Positions 26,040 through 38,567 of a stretch of DNA of 64,000 nt are shown piece by piece. A program made the position numbers and the translations under genes. The notes beneath the pieces were generated by a model, which was given only the letters and a program-made list of their open reading frames with translations, did not search any database and was not told where the DNA came from. The stretch comes from Neoechinorhynchus agilis (taxonomy: Eukaryota > Animalia > Acanthocephala): assembly GCA_051530055.1 (NCBI GenBank), contig CM121341.1:7356784-7420783 (forward strand). Reading direction: 5' to 3'. Position 1 is the first letter of the stretch. The number at the start of each line of letters is the position of its first letter.

Positions 26040-26672
26040 CTAATAATCGTATTGAATAGGCGATACAAATCGGGCAGGCTCGAAATAAAAACAATTTTAC
26101 GAGAAGCGATTATCGAGCCCTTCAAAACGACGGACTCATTATACTCTTCGACCCCGTTCTTTTTCGAGAACTGAAAACTTATTTCCTGTTGTATTTTCGA
26201 ATTGATCCCATCGAACTATTAATTCCTTTCATATGTTAGCCAACGTCCGTTTCCCTGAAACAAGCGTCAATCGCAGATTGTTCCATCATTGCTCGATAAG
26301 GAAATCTGATCACACAATGAACTCAAGCAGTTGCTTGAGAGTTCAAAATCACTTAGCCATTCATCAAGCTCTTCGAAGGCGCATTCATTAATGTTTTCTT
26401 TAGAGTCAACTTTCTTTTGAAACCTGGATTGAACTGGTTCTAAAGTCTGATTACAAATACGTTTGAAATGTATACGAAAAGGTTTGAGCGATTACCATTC
26501 CGGAGAGGACAGGCGAATTATTGCGTTCAATGACGAACGATCCCGGATGTTCGATCGATCGCATCTTTAATTCACTTGAGATCATCTCAGACGCGAATTT
26601 CGAATTAACACTTAGTTGCTTGTATTCGTCGATAATCTCAACAAGTTTTGACTCGTATCCTTTTTTGTCCAC
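26040..26672 (-). CDS. 5-prime part of a putative multi-exon gene of unknown function; 3-prime extent unresolved
   Basis: ATG ORF MDKKGYESKL...SGM, a GTAATC..AATCAG intron, then in-frame TLEPVQSRF...EELDEWLSDFE...; needs removal of a 75-bp block to stay open; no recognised homology. Confidence 0.35.
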
Positions 26673-27779
26673 ATTCCGGACAATGGATTTCTAATAAAGT
26701 CGAATATATATTTAACATTGTTGATAAAATATGGTGAAGAAAATAAGAACTAAGAAATTCGATTTTATTGTGAATTTTCGGTCCTTCTTCAGACTATTGT
26801 TTTCGGAGAAAATTTTCTAATAAAGTTTGTTCATGACTAAAACAATTGAGGACTAACCTTTGCGTGAGTGTACGCGAGATGAAGACAACGATCAATAGTG
26901 TCCAGAAGATGTGGACCAGTGCTATTTATGCTTTCACTGCAGCTATCCGGATGAGTGTACATCTATGGATCGTCGGATGAACACAACCGTGAATCAGCAA
27001 GCATTCCAACTCTTCAATGTTTTTAATGACATTCAGATTTAGGACTTCCCTTTTTCGACTTTTTAGTTTATCCTTCTCGGCATGAAGCCACACCGCTCTC
27101 TTACATCGGCTTCATGTCAAGAAGAATAAACTAAAACGCTGAGGAAAGGATGTCCTAAATCTGAAACATTCCAACTCCGAAAAAAAACCGAAAATCGATA
27201 TTTTAAGTTGTCTTTCAGCAAAATGTCTTGAGACGTCACCATCTTTTAATTACTTGAATATTGAATTTTTCATGTTATTTTATGGTGGAAAATATGATTT
27301 AGTAAGATTAGGCCGAAATATCGGATTCAAAAAATCAATTCAGTTTTCCACCACAAAATAACATTTTTAGAATTGGAGATGAAATAATCATAGACCCGAA
27401 TAAAACATATTTCAATCCTTATGAAAGTTTTGTATTCGAAAATGGACACTTGGGATGTTGTAATGATAAAATCTTTATTCCGAGAGCGTTAGCCGTCTTA
27501 TGGCTTCTTCATGGAGATGTGAAGTGTGTGTTAAAGTAGCGACATTGAAGTATAGAAAGTTCATTCATTTTGTTGAGCAGTTCTGGGGGTTTGTCGAGTT
27601 GGCCTTTAGAAACTGTAATGATCGATCTAAACAATCCCCTTAAGAGCGTTTGAGATATTGAAAACGAATTCTCCTCAACTCATTCACGATTCGTTATAAA
27701 TGACGGAGAAATAATAGTGTTTAGGAGACATCGCTTGAAGAATTGCTGCCGATGTGTTAGGTACCGCCGGAATGTGATT

Positions 27780-27892
27780 GGAATTATTGTTTAGGTCTAC
27801 ACCTTGTAAATGATTTATGCGAACCTCGTCGGGTTCATCATCAGTTCTAAAATACAAGTGATTTATCAAGTGTAGACCTAAACAATAATTCC
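27780..27892. repeat. Fold-back element with 23-bp perfect arms enclosing a hammerhead-like core
   Basis: GGAATTATTGTTTAGGTCTACAC (27780-27802) is the exact reverse complement of 27870-27892; minus-strand CTGATGA at 27844-27838. Confidence 0.75.
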
Positions 27893-28902
27893 TGAAGAAT
27901 AGAATTTGCTGCTTTGTAAAAATCGACATTTTGGAAGTCTGTTGTAGTGATAAAGAAAAAAGAATATCTTCATTCTAAAAATCCGGGGATTATGATCACC
28001 AAATCTTCAACTCTATCATCCCGAAGAAGTTTTGCTTGATGATCTTTGGAATCGCCATTTTTAATACACATCAAACATTTGCTAGTTATTAAAAACGATC
28101 TATCAATTGATGAGCTTAACATAACGTTCATCTAAGAATTTAGCACGAGAAATGCGAAACCCCTATGATATTTTATTGAATCTTGTCGCCCCTTCGTTTA
28201 ATGAGAATACGTCCATAATAACGTACTCGTTTGTCATCTCGGAAAGGCGATTGTATTGATCTTTTTTAAAACCTACGAATGAAAGGGTTCTCATCTATCT
28301 CGCTATAAAAAACCATGGAAAGATTTTAAATATTAAGCCAGGTATGAAAATTTTGAATAAAAAGGAATCGGACCCTTCATTTAGTATTATAATATCTATT
28401 TTCATTAAGTAGGACTTAATAAAAAAATCATCTACGTTCGATATGCGATAAGCCGGCAACAAATCCAAAATCAACAATGCCTCGTTTGGTTAAGAAAAAT
28501 CCGATAAAGATCAATAACGGCTACACAGATCTTACAATGAAAATCCGTTTCTATACATGTCAACGTTCATAAGGTTTGTGAGCGTCTAGTCATTTCAAAG
28601 GCAATCGAAAGTAGCCGGCGATCAAGGTTATTGCAAAACATGAAGAAATTCGAAACGACGTTTTAAAGCACAGCTCAACGCTTAAAATAAAGTAGATAAC
28701 CTAGAAGCCTAATAAATTTATTCGAGGATATTTGACAGAAAAAACCGTGACTATGTAAAACGGCGCACTCGTTGGAAAAGTTCAATGCACTTCACCAATT
28801 CGTCAGCGCTTGGCCTTAAGAGAAAGTCCAATTTCAAACTGGAGTCCAGATCACCATGGTAACCGTGTTCATTAAAAGAAAGCGATCACTTTAAGTGATT
28901 CA

Positions 28903-30226
28903 ATGACTTCCAGTTCTCCGGTGAAAGGTAAGCATCGGTAATAAAGAATTTCGCCCTTATGAGCCACGATCCTTCAATTTTTTAGACGACCAAACTATGC
29001 GGATTACGGCGGACGCAATCAAAGATTGCTGTGAGGATTTCCCTTCATTGTGCGAGGAAATGTTCGGACGGGATAACGATAAAAAGAAGAGTGCAGGAGG
29101 GAAGGGAAAACCGAGAAAGGCTGTAAAAAGACCGGCCGAGAAGACATTGAAAGCAAAGAAAGGACAAATAAGGCACAAACAGAAAAGGAAAGTGGTTAAA
29201 CAAAAGAAGATTAAGGTTTCAAAAAAACCGATGAAATCAAAAAAGGCGATTGGTGAAAGGAAAAAAGCTGTGATTGATTTGATGGCGGATGTTACTTGTG
29301 ATCCTAATAACGTTCCTTACTACACCAAAAAACGTCGAGCACTTGGCTGTTTAGTCAAACGAACGATCATTCAAAAGGAAGATAAAGGACAAACGGGTAT
29401 AAAGGAGGCCTCTGTAATCGAAGATGTCATGAAATGCCTTCGTTACGATTCAATTCCAGTTAATGTACTAAAGAATCGCATTAAATTCACTGTTGATCGA
29501 TGTGTAGCTGGTGAGCGTCTTATCCGAGGAAGCGGAGGGACCATCAGGAGTGGACCGAAGATGCGATATCGGTGTGCTCCAGGCATTCCGCTTTTTAAGT
29601 CAAGTATTTTGCCAAAACCAAAGGTAAATAAAACGAACCAGAAGAGAAAAGGGAAACCCCGATTCAGTCCTAAGACTAAAAACAAACCAATCGGTCCAGT
29701 TTCCAATAATGCACTCAAACAAACAAATAGAAAACGTCAAAAGATGGGTAAGACTTCTGAAAGACGAAGAGGCCGATCTACTAAAGCAATTGAACCGAAG
29801 GCAAGGACAGCAAAGATGAAAATTGAACTTAAGAGGGCGAATGTTGTGAGTAAAACAGCGAAGAGATCATCTCTAAAATCAGGCAAGGAAAAGGCGATAA
29901 AAGGAATTAAAAGGCAAGTGTCACTTTATGCTCTAAAATCGAAACGGGCCAGAATGAGTCCAAGTTCAAAGAAGAAAACAAATCTCAGGAGACGTGTGAA
30001 ATCTGAAAAGAAAGGTCAGACAAGAACTGAAACTAAATCAAGAGAAGTTAAACGATTAGACGCCCAAATTTTGAACGTTGCTGCTAACGATTTGACCGAC
30101 GTCAAAGGCGACGGTGAACAAATAACGCCGGACACAGTAGGCAAGTTTGTATTTGGACAAAAATTACCATCTTTGCATCGCTTAAATTTGGGACGAGCTC
30201 AACGAAGTCAGCTCAAATTAAGCTGA
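28903..30226 (+). CDS. Linker histone H1-like / protamine-like (PL-I-type) basic protein, ~421 aa; exons 28903-28927 and 28986-30226
   Basis: MTSSSPVK start (start choice inferred), 58-bp GTAAGC..TTTTAG intron, central segment resembling the H15 winged helix (GIKEASVIEDVMK...RIKFTVDRCVAGERLIRGSGG), long K/R-rich tails. Confidence 0.65.
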
Positions 30227-30570
30227 TATTTTTTATTATTTAATAAGAATTTTGATTGAGATGTGATTCAACATTTTAAACACATTTCTTGAATGAGTGA
30301 TTTCGAGCATGAAAAATAAATTTATAAAACGAGTCCACGAAATCCCATTGAGATCTTTAAGATAAAACAAAATACTAAGTGGCCGCGTTCGCAAATTAAC
30401 GCGCTCGAATTCTCCGTGGAATCCGATAGTTGCATTAAAATTTCTTTGGTCTCGCTTTCGATTGATCGTGATTTGTATCCACTGCACAATAAATTTTTAC
30501 CGTTCTTAGCAATTCTTTAAATTGCCAACTAAGATGTTAATTTATTAACCAATCAGTGGTGGAATTATTC

Positions 30571-30879
30571 CTACCACCACGGCCCAAATCGACCACAGCA
30601 CGGGCGATAGAAGGGAAAAAATCCCCATGGGTAGGACGGCCAGAATCCGAAGAACCAGCGCTTTCCATCTTGCACCATCTTTGGCACTCTGTCGTCTTTC
30701 TCCAACTTGTCAAGCTGATCCCTTGGGATTTCGTCTTCTCTGAACCATTTCAATCCACACTCGGTTTTAGCCGATTCCCCTAAAGATTCAACAGCACTCA
30801 CTTCCTTCGCCGGACCAACAGCGATGGCCCTCAATTCGTAGAAAAGAAAGATGGCGAGAAGACAGATGAGAAGCTTCAT
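30571..30879 (-). CDS. Secreted aromatic-peptide precursor copy 1, 102 aa (mature WFFGFWPSYPWGFFPFYRPCCGRFGPWW)
   Basis: Signal MKLLICLLAIFLFY, acidic pro-region, GKR site; TATAAA ~38 bp upstream of the second ATG. Confidence 0.75.
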   Translation of the reverse strand: MKLLICLLAIFLFYELRAIAVGPAKEVSAVESLGESAKTECGLKWFREDEIPRDQLDKLEKDDRVPKMVQDGKRWFFGFWPSYPWGFFPFYRPCCGRFGPWW

Positions 30880-31319
30880 TCGGATTGAAAGTGAAGCTCG
30901 AATGAACTCCATTTATACTCCTGTTTGTTTTCACGAAAATATCCTATTTTCCCGATACAAAACCGTGATCGAATAGCAACATCAAAATAGATTTCAACTT
31001 GAAAACACTCTTTGACTAAACTGCTTCGTTGAAAAACGGAGAACACGAGTAAGCAAAAGAGAGTTTTGCAATTGTGGTATATTTGTCCGTGGATGTTTTT
31101 CACTTATTGAACTAAAAACACCACAGAATGTCATCCTGCCATATAGAATATTTGCAAATTCAGCGCTAGGCTATCAAAGGCCGTGGCCTCTCAAAAGATT
31201 GCCTTCAAAGGATCCGAAAATCGGAAAACGTTCGAATAACCCAATGTCAAACACAAAGAGTTCATTTTCTTTTGGTAGTATTGTCACCTCGGATTTAGAT
31301 TCACTGATTTATTTCCAAC

Positions 31320-31410
31320 ATTTCGACGGAAAATTCCGACATTATCAAGGTTTGCCATTGCTTGTAAGTTTTTTAACATACATAAAATTTCGGAATTATC
31401 CGACGAAATA
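31320..31410. mobile_element. Fold-back/MITE-like element (mirror copy ~50400-50490)
   Basis: ATTTCGACGGAAAATTCCGA vs TCGGAATTATCCGACGAAAT, 18/20 inverted match; same family as 16217-16312. Confidence 0.6.
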
Positions 31411-31599
31411 TCGGGGAAATAAATCAGTTTATTAAAATGCCCAGGACGGCAAAACTACAAAAAAAAGTTTCTTTTCCTGCGAGAATAATAATCCAAGACA
31501 CAATAAAACGTTTTATTTGTTAACGTAAGAGGAAGAGGACCAGTGTATCTTTTGGTCTTCATAAACACTCGAGTTCTGATTTGATAAATAAATCTGGCT

Positions 31600-33150
31600 A
31601 TTGATTTTGGAGTGGATTACGAGTCCGTGCGGGTGGGAATATCCGGTCGGGTTGGAAGGCCCGTTCTTGTGGGAATTGGTGGTTATGGCTTGCAGGAACG
31701 CTTGTAGGTTGGTATTTCCTCAAGTTCATTTCAGATTGGTGAAAAAATCTTTTATGTGTGTGTGTGATTTATAATAATAACACGTTAAGGAAAAAGGGAG
31801 AGGTGGGGTGGTCAATGGGTGATGAGGGGGATATCATCGGTGTATAAGAAAAGCTTTGAGAAAGAGGCGAGAGGTTGAAGGTCGTCTAAGAAAATATTAA
31901 AAAGAAGTAGTGACAGAACAGCACCTTGAGGTACGCCTTTGGTGAGGGATAGGCTGATAGAAGAGGTAGAACGGCAGTGAATGTATTGTTTGCGACCGTG
32001 AAGATAAGATTCAAGCCAGCGGATCTGCTACAAGTTGAGACCAAAATCGGAAAAGGAGTGAATGGTCCACGGAGTCGAATGCTTTCGATAAATCCAGTTA
32101 AATGATACGGGTGAATTGGGAGTGATTATTGTCCAGGTATCATAGGAGCGTATCATAAATGCAAAGTAGGGCATCGGTTGCAGAAAATTTGGGCCGGAAA
32201 CCGAATTGAATGGATAAAATTTTTCGATTGAAGGTTGGCAGAAGGTGTGCTTTAAAGCATCTCTCCAAGACTTTAGAGAATGAAGGTAAGAAAGAGATGG
32301 GTCGAAAACTTGAGGTGCATATAAGTTTAGATGCTTTCAGGAGCAGGATTACCCAATCTGTTTTAAGGCGACCAGGGAAGATTCCGGTCTTGAAACTTCT
32401 ATTGATTATATGGGTAAGTGAATCAAATAAATCTGGGATGATAAAGCGTAGAGTTCAGTTGTGAATAGGAGAGTTAGGAGATGATTTGCGAGGTAGTTTC
32501 CGAAGAGCATGAGAATATCATACTTGGAAATCATGGGAGGTGAAGCTGTAGAAGCTGAGAACGGTGGTGTAGATATGGAAGGGGATGACTATTTGTTTGT
32601 GTTCGAATGACAGTCACAAAGTTTAGTGCATCAAGGAGGTCGGAGTTTGAAAGTTTAGAAGGGCGCTTTTCGTGTTTTTCCACGAGAGGTGAGTGGGAGA
32701 GGAGGCGAATTTATGTGCAAGAAAGGTCTTGCACGAGTTGAGAATGTAATGCGAGGGAGAGGATTGAGGGCAGCTCAAATCAGGATTGCATGGGTGGTAT
32801 TTTTTTTCGCCTTTATTTGTAGCATTTTCAAGAAAGTAGACTTCCAAAGTGGATCTCGGCTGGAAAAGCGAATTGTTTTCTTAGGAATAGCTGTTATCAT
32901 GCAAAAGGAGAATATATTAGTTAGAGAAAGCATAACTTCCGAGCGGTTCGGGTGAAAAATCGATTTTCTGTGCGAAGACAGATTACTCGAGACCAATTTG
33001 GTGAATGGGAGCGTTAAGGATTAGCAGAAGGAGGGAGGATTATTTGGGAATGGTCAGAGGATAAGATTCGAGGTAAGTCGTTTTCGTCATTTTTGTTCCA
33101 AATACGATTTGTATTTTCTGACTTCATGGAACTTTTTTATTACTAAGTTC
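31600..33150 (-). mobile_element. Decayed APE-type LINE (CR1/L2/Jockey-like), mirror of 48660-50210
   Basis: Reverse complement of the RT-bearing segment in the right arm. Confidence 0.85.
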
Positions 33151-33921
33151 AATGTCCCAGCTCGCAGCTGGTAGAGGTCGTGTTCATAATGCTGGCATAG
33201 TTCCTATCGGTTTCCTCAACATCGCTAATAAATCATTTATTGTCTCTGGCTTTAAAATGGCAATTTAACAATTTTTTTAAGACGACCCTAACTTCAATTG
33301 TTAAGATCGTAGCTTTAACAACCCGTTCCAGCATCTGCGACTTTCTTAGTGATATCCATCCATTTAATCTAATTTCGAACTGGTATTATCCGCCGAATTC
33401 ATACTTTCAGAGTAGAGAATCGGTCTAAAGTACTCGACCGTGTACTCACCGTTCCTGTGCCAAACGAGAACGGCGGATGGAACACAAAGAAAGCAGTTTA
33501 AGATGATTCCAGCCGATTGCTATTTTAATAGCGCACAAACTCAAACGAATACAGTCGCAGAAGGAAATTAACCCATTGCTAAATATTACGCTGAACTTTT
33601 TGAACATGGTGATTCCGTTCAAGATAACCGAGTCTGCAAAATTTGGTCTTTTAATTTAATCCAATCGCAAATAACGATTGAACAACTAAACTACGTCGAC
33701 GAGGGGTTGAAAATCGTTTTCTCATGAGCGCTTTGGATGAATCAACTACATTATTCACGCTTTGGATGAATCAACTACATTATTCGTGCATCAAATAATA
33801 CTATGCAATGCACAACCGAAAACATTTCTTTAAAAATATAGCTGTGCCAATTTTAATCTCTTCGTACAATCCGTCACAAAATGCCCTTTTATTTCTTTAG
33901 ATTAATTCCAGAACACTCACA

Positions 33922-35675
33922 TTAATCTTCATTTGTTATATCCTGAAGCTCCGATATTTGCTCGTCTTTTGGCTTCCTCCTTATCCTACTAAACGTTTCT
34001 CTTGCGCATTGTCGTAGCCCCTTCATATCAGAAAGTTCAGAAATCGTATGGTATTTTGTCTCAGGTAAATAAATTATCAGTATAGCAACAAAAAGTGCAA
34101 ATCCTCCAATCGAGAGCATAGTTTCTAGTCTTTGAGAAGTCAGTTGATCTTTCAAGAAAGGACTTAAAGCTGTTACTATTCCAGCGACAAAAAAAGCAAA
34201 CCCAAATAGCGACAAAAAAAGCAAACCCAAATCCGAATGGTCTGAACTTCGTTGGAAATAGCTCGGAAGTAAAAAGCCAAGCGAAATCAGAACTTGCGGC
34301 AGCTGAAAACTTTGCAATGTGATTGAAGACATTCAAGGCTGCTTTATTGCCTGAAGGAAGGACAGCAAATATTATGGATATGAGCACAAGAAAAAGATTG
34401 ATGGAAACACAGAGAGTTTTTCGTCCGAAGAATTTCATTGCGACGCTACATAAGACAATCTGTGGAATCTCAATAATTGCTGTGATGAAGAAATGGAGGT
34501 AGATGTTGGACGAAAATGCGGACGCTGATAGAGTAAGTCCGAAATAACCAAAAGTAGCCAATGACATCATGAGACATCCACAAAACAACGAGTATGGAAA
34601 CACAATTGACGAAAACATTGCTCTTAAGTTTTTCTTTATCCGATTTAGCAGCGTTACACGAGTTTGGGTCTCTGAATCATCAGCGATTAGTCCGATATCG
34701 TCTTCGAGTGAAAAAAACATTTGATCTTGTTGTTTCGTTGAATTCATCTTGTATGCTTCGGTTAATATTTTATTTACATCAGCTTGTCGTTTACGAACAG
34801 CTAGCCAAAATAAACTTTCTCTCATAATCCAATAATAGAGTACAGTTATTGCGACTGGAACATAAACTGTCAAATAAAGATTCCGCCATCCTCTAACAAA
34901 ATAAGCGACTAAATCCAAGATATACATTCCTAAACCCCAAATGAAATTGATCATTATACACGGGGTGCCTCGGTATTCAGCTGCAAAGACTTCAGCAGTG
35001 AGAATATAAGAACAGAGAATACACAACTGCCAGCAAATTCCAGATAAAAAACGGAATACTATAAATAAATATCAAGATGATTCCGATCAATAAGAAAGAT
35101 ATAATGATTTTAACTGATCGGAAGCATCCGATTTAGATGGTATTTGAAAGCGCACAGCCGATTCCGCATATAATATTAAGCCAAGATGCGAGAAGAGCAA
35201 TGGGTTTCTTACCAAAGTTGTCGCCAAACATTGATAAAACAATTGCCCCGATTGCTGCTCCTATGAAGAAGGCTGACTGTGGAATATCCTTCAAGTATTC
35301 CCGATCGCAGTATAGATCAAAGGTGAACACCAGCGATCTGTCATCGGGTAGCGGGTGGAAGTAGCCGTTTGGACAGGGTATTGTTTTATTTGACAGTGAA
35401 GTATAATTCTCAAAGACTTTACATTTTTCGAATTTTCCATCTGCATTAATTGGAATCGCGTCGCTCATCGACACATTATCAGGAATCCAACATGTATAAT
35501 CAGCATTATTAGTGAAATAATCAATGAACGAAATCATAGAAGCCATTGTATAGAAGGATGAATTGATCAAAAACATCCAAGCCTGCCATAAACTTGTTCT
35601 AGTGAAATATAAATTAACTGTCGACATCTTCCGCAAGATATCTTCAATGTCCACATTTGGAATTGAATTTGACAT
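33922..35675 (-). pseudogene. SLC22: SLC22 copy in left arm, frameshifted by a 25-bp tandem duplication at 34183-34232
   Basis: Mirror of 46189-47917; AGCGACAAAAAAAGCAAACCCAAAT is present twice here and once in the right arm. Confidence 0.8.
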
Positions 35676-36583
35676 TTCGTTTTCTCCTGTTTTTTCTAGA
35701 AATAATTCATGATACAGGAACAAAGAAGAGTGATGAAATTTAAGCGTTCCTTTTAAAATATTTGAAGTAAATCCCGGAAAACAAAATGCCTACAATTGAG
35801 TATTTATTTGATACAGCGAAAATGGGCGAAACGGTTGTTCGTAAAAGGAACACTTTTTGGGATTTCATGAGCAAAACAAAGTGGCGCTTTTAACATTTTG
35901 GACTCATACAAAATGTCTACCCGCCGAGTTCGCAAAAGCTAAAACGCGAAAATTCAAATTATTGCGCTTTTAATGAAACTCTACTATGCTGGAAAATAAT
36001 TTTTAAAGATTGAACTGGTGAATGTCTAATGTTAAAGACATCGAAGGATTGAATCGTGCAAGTATTGAGCCTCAAAATATTGCTGTAGGTGATGATACGT
36101 AAGCTCTAGAGCTTGTGAGATTGAACACATAAAACCGCTAAAAAACAATTTGTTTTCAATTCGTTTGCTTGCAATCAGATTCGATCGTTACTCCAAAATA
36201 TAAGACGAAAATGCATATGTGGGCATTATTAAATTCTAGAAGATATCCTCTAAGACGACTGGAAGCTCTAAGAACATTTAAATAAAAAAATTTAGGCAAC
36301 TTTTAAATTAAATAAACAATATTACGAATGCTGAACTAAGCATTAAGTGGAGAAAGTGCGCTATTTATTAGCAGGATTAAATTGTAGGTATAAATTTTTG
36401 CTTTAAATAAAATTCTGTATTATATTGATAAAACTGCAATATCAAATTAAACAAGTGCGTTCTTACAATGTGAATTCAAAAATTATGTTCAATAACCAAT
36501 ATTTAATCGGTAGCAAACAATTAAATCCTTTACGCATTGAACCCAATTTAATATCTTCTTTTTTAATTATACGCCTTCGAAAT

Positions 36584-36676
36584 TTAGAAAACACATTGAA
36601 GTGGCTTTAAGGGAGCGGCGGAACTGAATTCGTAGAAAAGAAAGATGGCGAGAAGAAGACAGATGAGAAGCTTCAT
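36584..36676 (-). pseudogene. Truncated peptide-precursor copy (promoter + signal peptide only, 30 aa); mirror at 45184-45276 (+)
   Basis: MKLLICLLLAIFLFYEFSSAAPLKPLQCVF*; homology to full copies stops after TACGAATTCAG. Confidence 0.65.
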
Positions 36677-37179
36677 TCGGATTGAAAGTGAAGCTCGAAT
36701 GAACTCCATTTATACTCCTGTTTGTTTTCACGAAAATATTCTATTTTCCCGATACAAAACCGTGATCGAATAGCAACATCAAAATAGATTTCAACTTGAA
36801 AACACTCTTTGACTAAACTGCTTCGTTGAAAAACGGAGAACACGAGTAAGCAAAAGAGAGTTTTGCAATTGTGGTATATTTGTCCGTGGATGTTTTTCAC
36901 TCATTGAACTAAAAACACCACAGAATGTCATCCTGCCATATAGAAATATTTGCGAATTCAATCCTCATAACGCTAATTTCCATTGAACAAACACCATTTA
37001 AGATTGTAAAAGTAAGTTTATCCCATTATTTTGAGGAACACTTGGGATAAATCAAAGATTTTTGAACATCAAAGCGCTATGCCGATTGGGCTTCTGAGAA
37101 GTTTGCACATTTTATTTCGCCGTTATTTTGCATTTTTTTCCCAAAAAAGGTATATTTGTTAGTTCTGATACAATCACCA

Positions 37180-37900
37180 CCGTCCGCAAAATCTTAGCTT
37201 CTCTCCATCCTCAGCTGTCGCTACCACGCCAGCAGCATTGCCTCGTTGTACTGCTGCAAGCGAGATATTTTGTCACTCGTCTCGGTCGTTTCTCTCAATT
37301 TCTTCGAGAGATCCTGCAGAAGAGTGGTGATCGCTCCATACGTCTCTACTCCGAAGAGGACAAAATAGTGGGCTCTTGCTAAATCCCTACATTTTCGTAC
37401 CTTCTCCTTCCGCTGCACCTCCAGCAATTCCTAGAAGTGGGGAATGTTGCTTTCTACGAGGGTGTCCACACCCGTGGCGTCCCAGAGAAGGCATTTGCCC
37501 TCCCGCCACGGAAAGACCGAAATTCCGTCAGGTCGACGACTGTCCAGTCGACAAATATGGGCGGCTTCCAATATGTTGGGGAAGTTCGCCGTTCTCAACG
37601 CCCGAGAAATTACGCTGTTGATCTCAGAATGGCGTGAGAACCTTCCTCCTGACTTTCGGCAAACGAGACCGTGTCGTCCGAAAGCATCAACCAAAGATCC
37701 ACATCGACAGCGATGGGGCGTGCATATCGGGAGACCAAGTGTTAAGGACACTGCAATCCTCGTTATCTCATCAGTGATAAGAGTTCCCACAGATGCCAGA
37801 GGAACAGCCCCCAATTCTCGTGTCGAAACTGCCAACAGTCTAGCTCGGACGACCCCATCGCGAGAACCTGAAAGTAGAGAGCTGTGAGTGAGCAAAATAA
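37180..37900 (-). mobile_element. CRE-clade non-LTR retrotransposon 3-prime fragment (zinc knuckle + restriction-like endonuclease)
   Basis: LGLPICTPHRCRCG...HGLVCRKSGGRFSRHSEIN...RPDGISVFPWREGKCLLWDATGVDT, then FGVETYG. Confidence 0.88.
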
Positions 37901-38422
37901 TCGGTTTGATGCGGAAAGCGGTAAATCATTCTTTTGATTGTCTTTAACGAGTAAAAATTACAGAATATTCGCATCTTTTTTTTAGTAAGGCCAGACGATA
38001 TATTCTAGTTATGAGTAGAATAGTTCGTATCACTTCGAGATTGTATGATGATGTGATTATTTATGCATTTAAATCTAGAATGATACCTTGCGACATATGT
38101 GACATCAAGTGAACATAAAGTGGTTTCTTTGAGAATATTCTGATAAAGAATAGAAAAAAGTTGAAATCGCGTCTATTGAATGTGATGGTGGTGCGTAAAC
38201 GCTTACTTTGTTCACTGAGCATTTAATTCAGCAATCGGCGAGAAATAAAAAACAAAGAAATCGTATTACGTTTTCCTTGCTCTAAATTGCGCTCTCAATT
38301 TTTTTATATTTTAACACGATACCATTTTCTTTGGTTGTCACTTTTGAAGACTGCATTTGTACAGCTATATCAACTTACGAAATGTTTGTCGATATGCGAA
38401 GTACCGAGGAATGTGATTGGAA

Positions 38423-38567
38423 TCATCGGGTAGCGGGTGGAAGTAGCCGTTTGGACAGGGTATTGTTTTATTTGACAGTGAAGTATAATTCTCAAAGATT
38501 TTACATTTTTCGAATTTTCCATCTGCATTAATTGGAATCGCGTCGCTCATCGACACATAATCAGGAA
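38423..38567 (-). pseudogene. 145-bp internal SLC22 fragment
   Basis: Encodes SMSDAIPINADGKFEKC...FHPLPDD, matching the SLC22 loop; fused to unrelated repeats on both sides. Confidence 0.8.

Larger units (their letters stand above)
28743..38567. repeat. Left arm (~9.8 kb) of inverted segmental duplication
   Basis: All ORFs mirror those at 43295-53085 (coordinate sums 81797-81864); outer junction AACCGTGACTATG, inner junction TCAGGAA. Confidence 0.97.

Noticed and set aside
27380-28480. APE-endonuclease-like phrases on the minus strand
   Set aside because: Short, stop-ridden and without adjacent RT; may be a LINE relic but not supportable by eye
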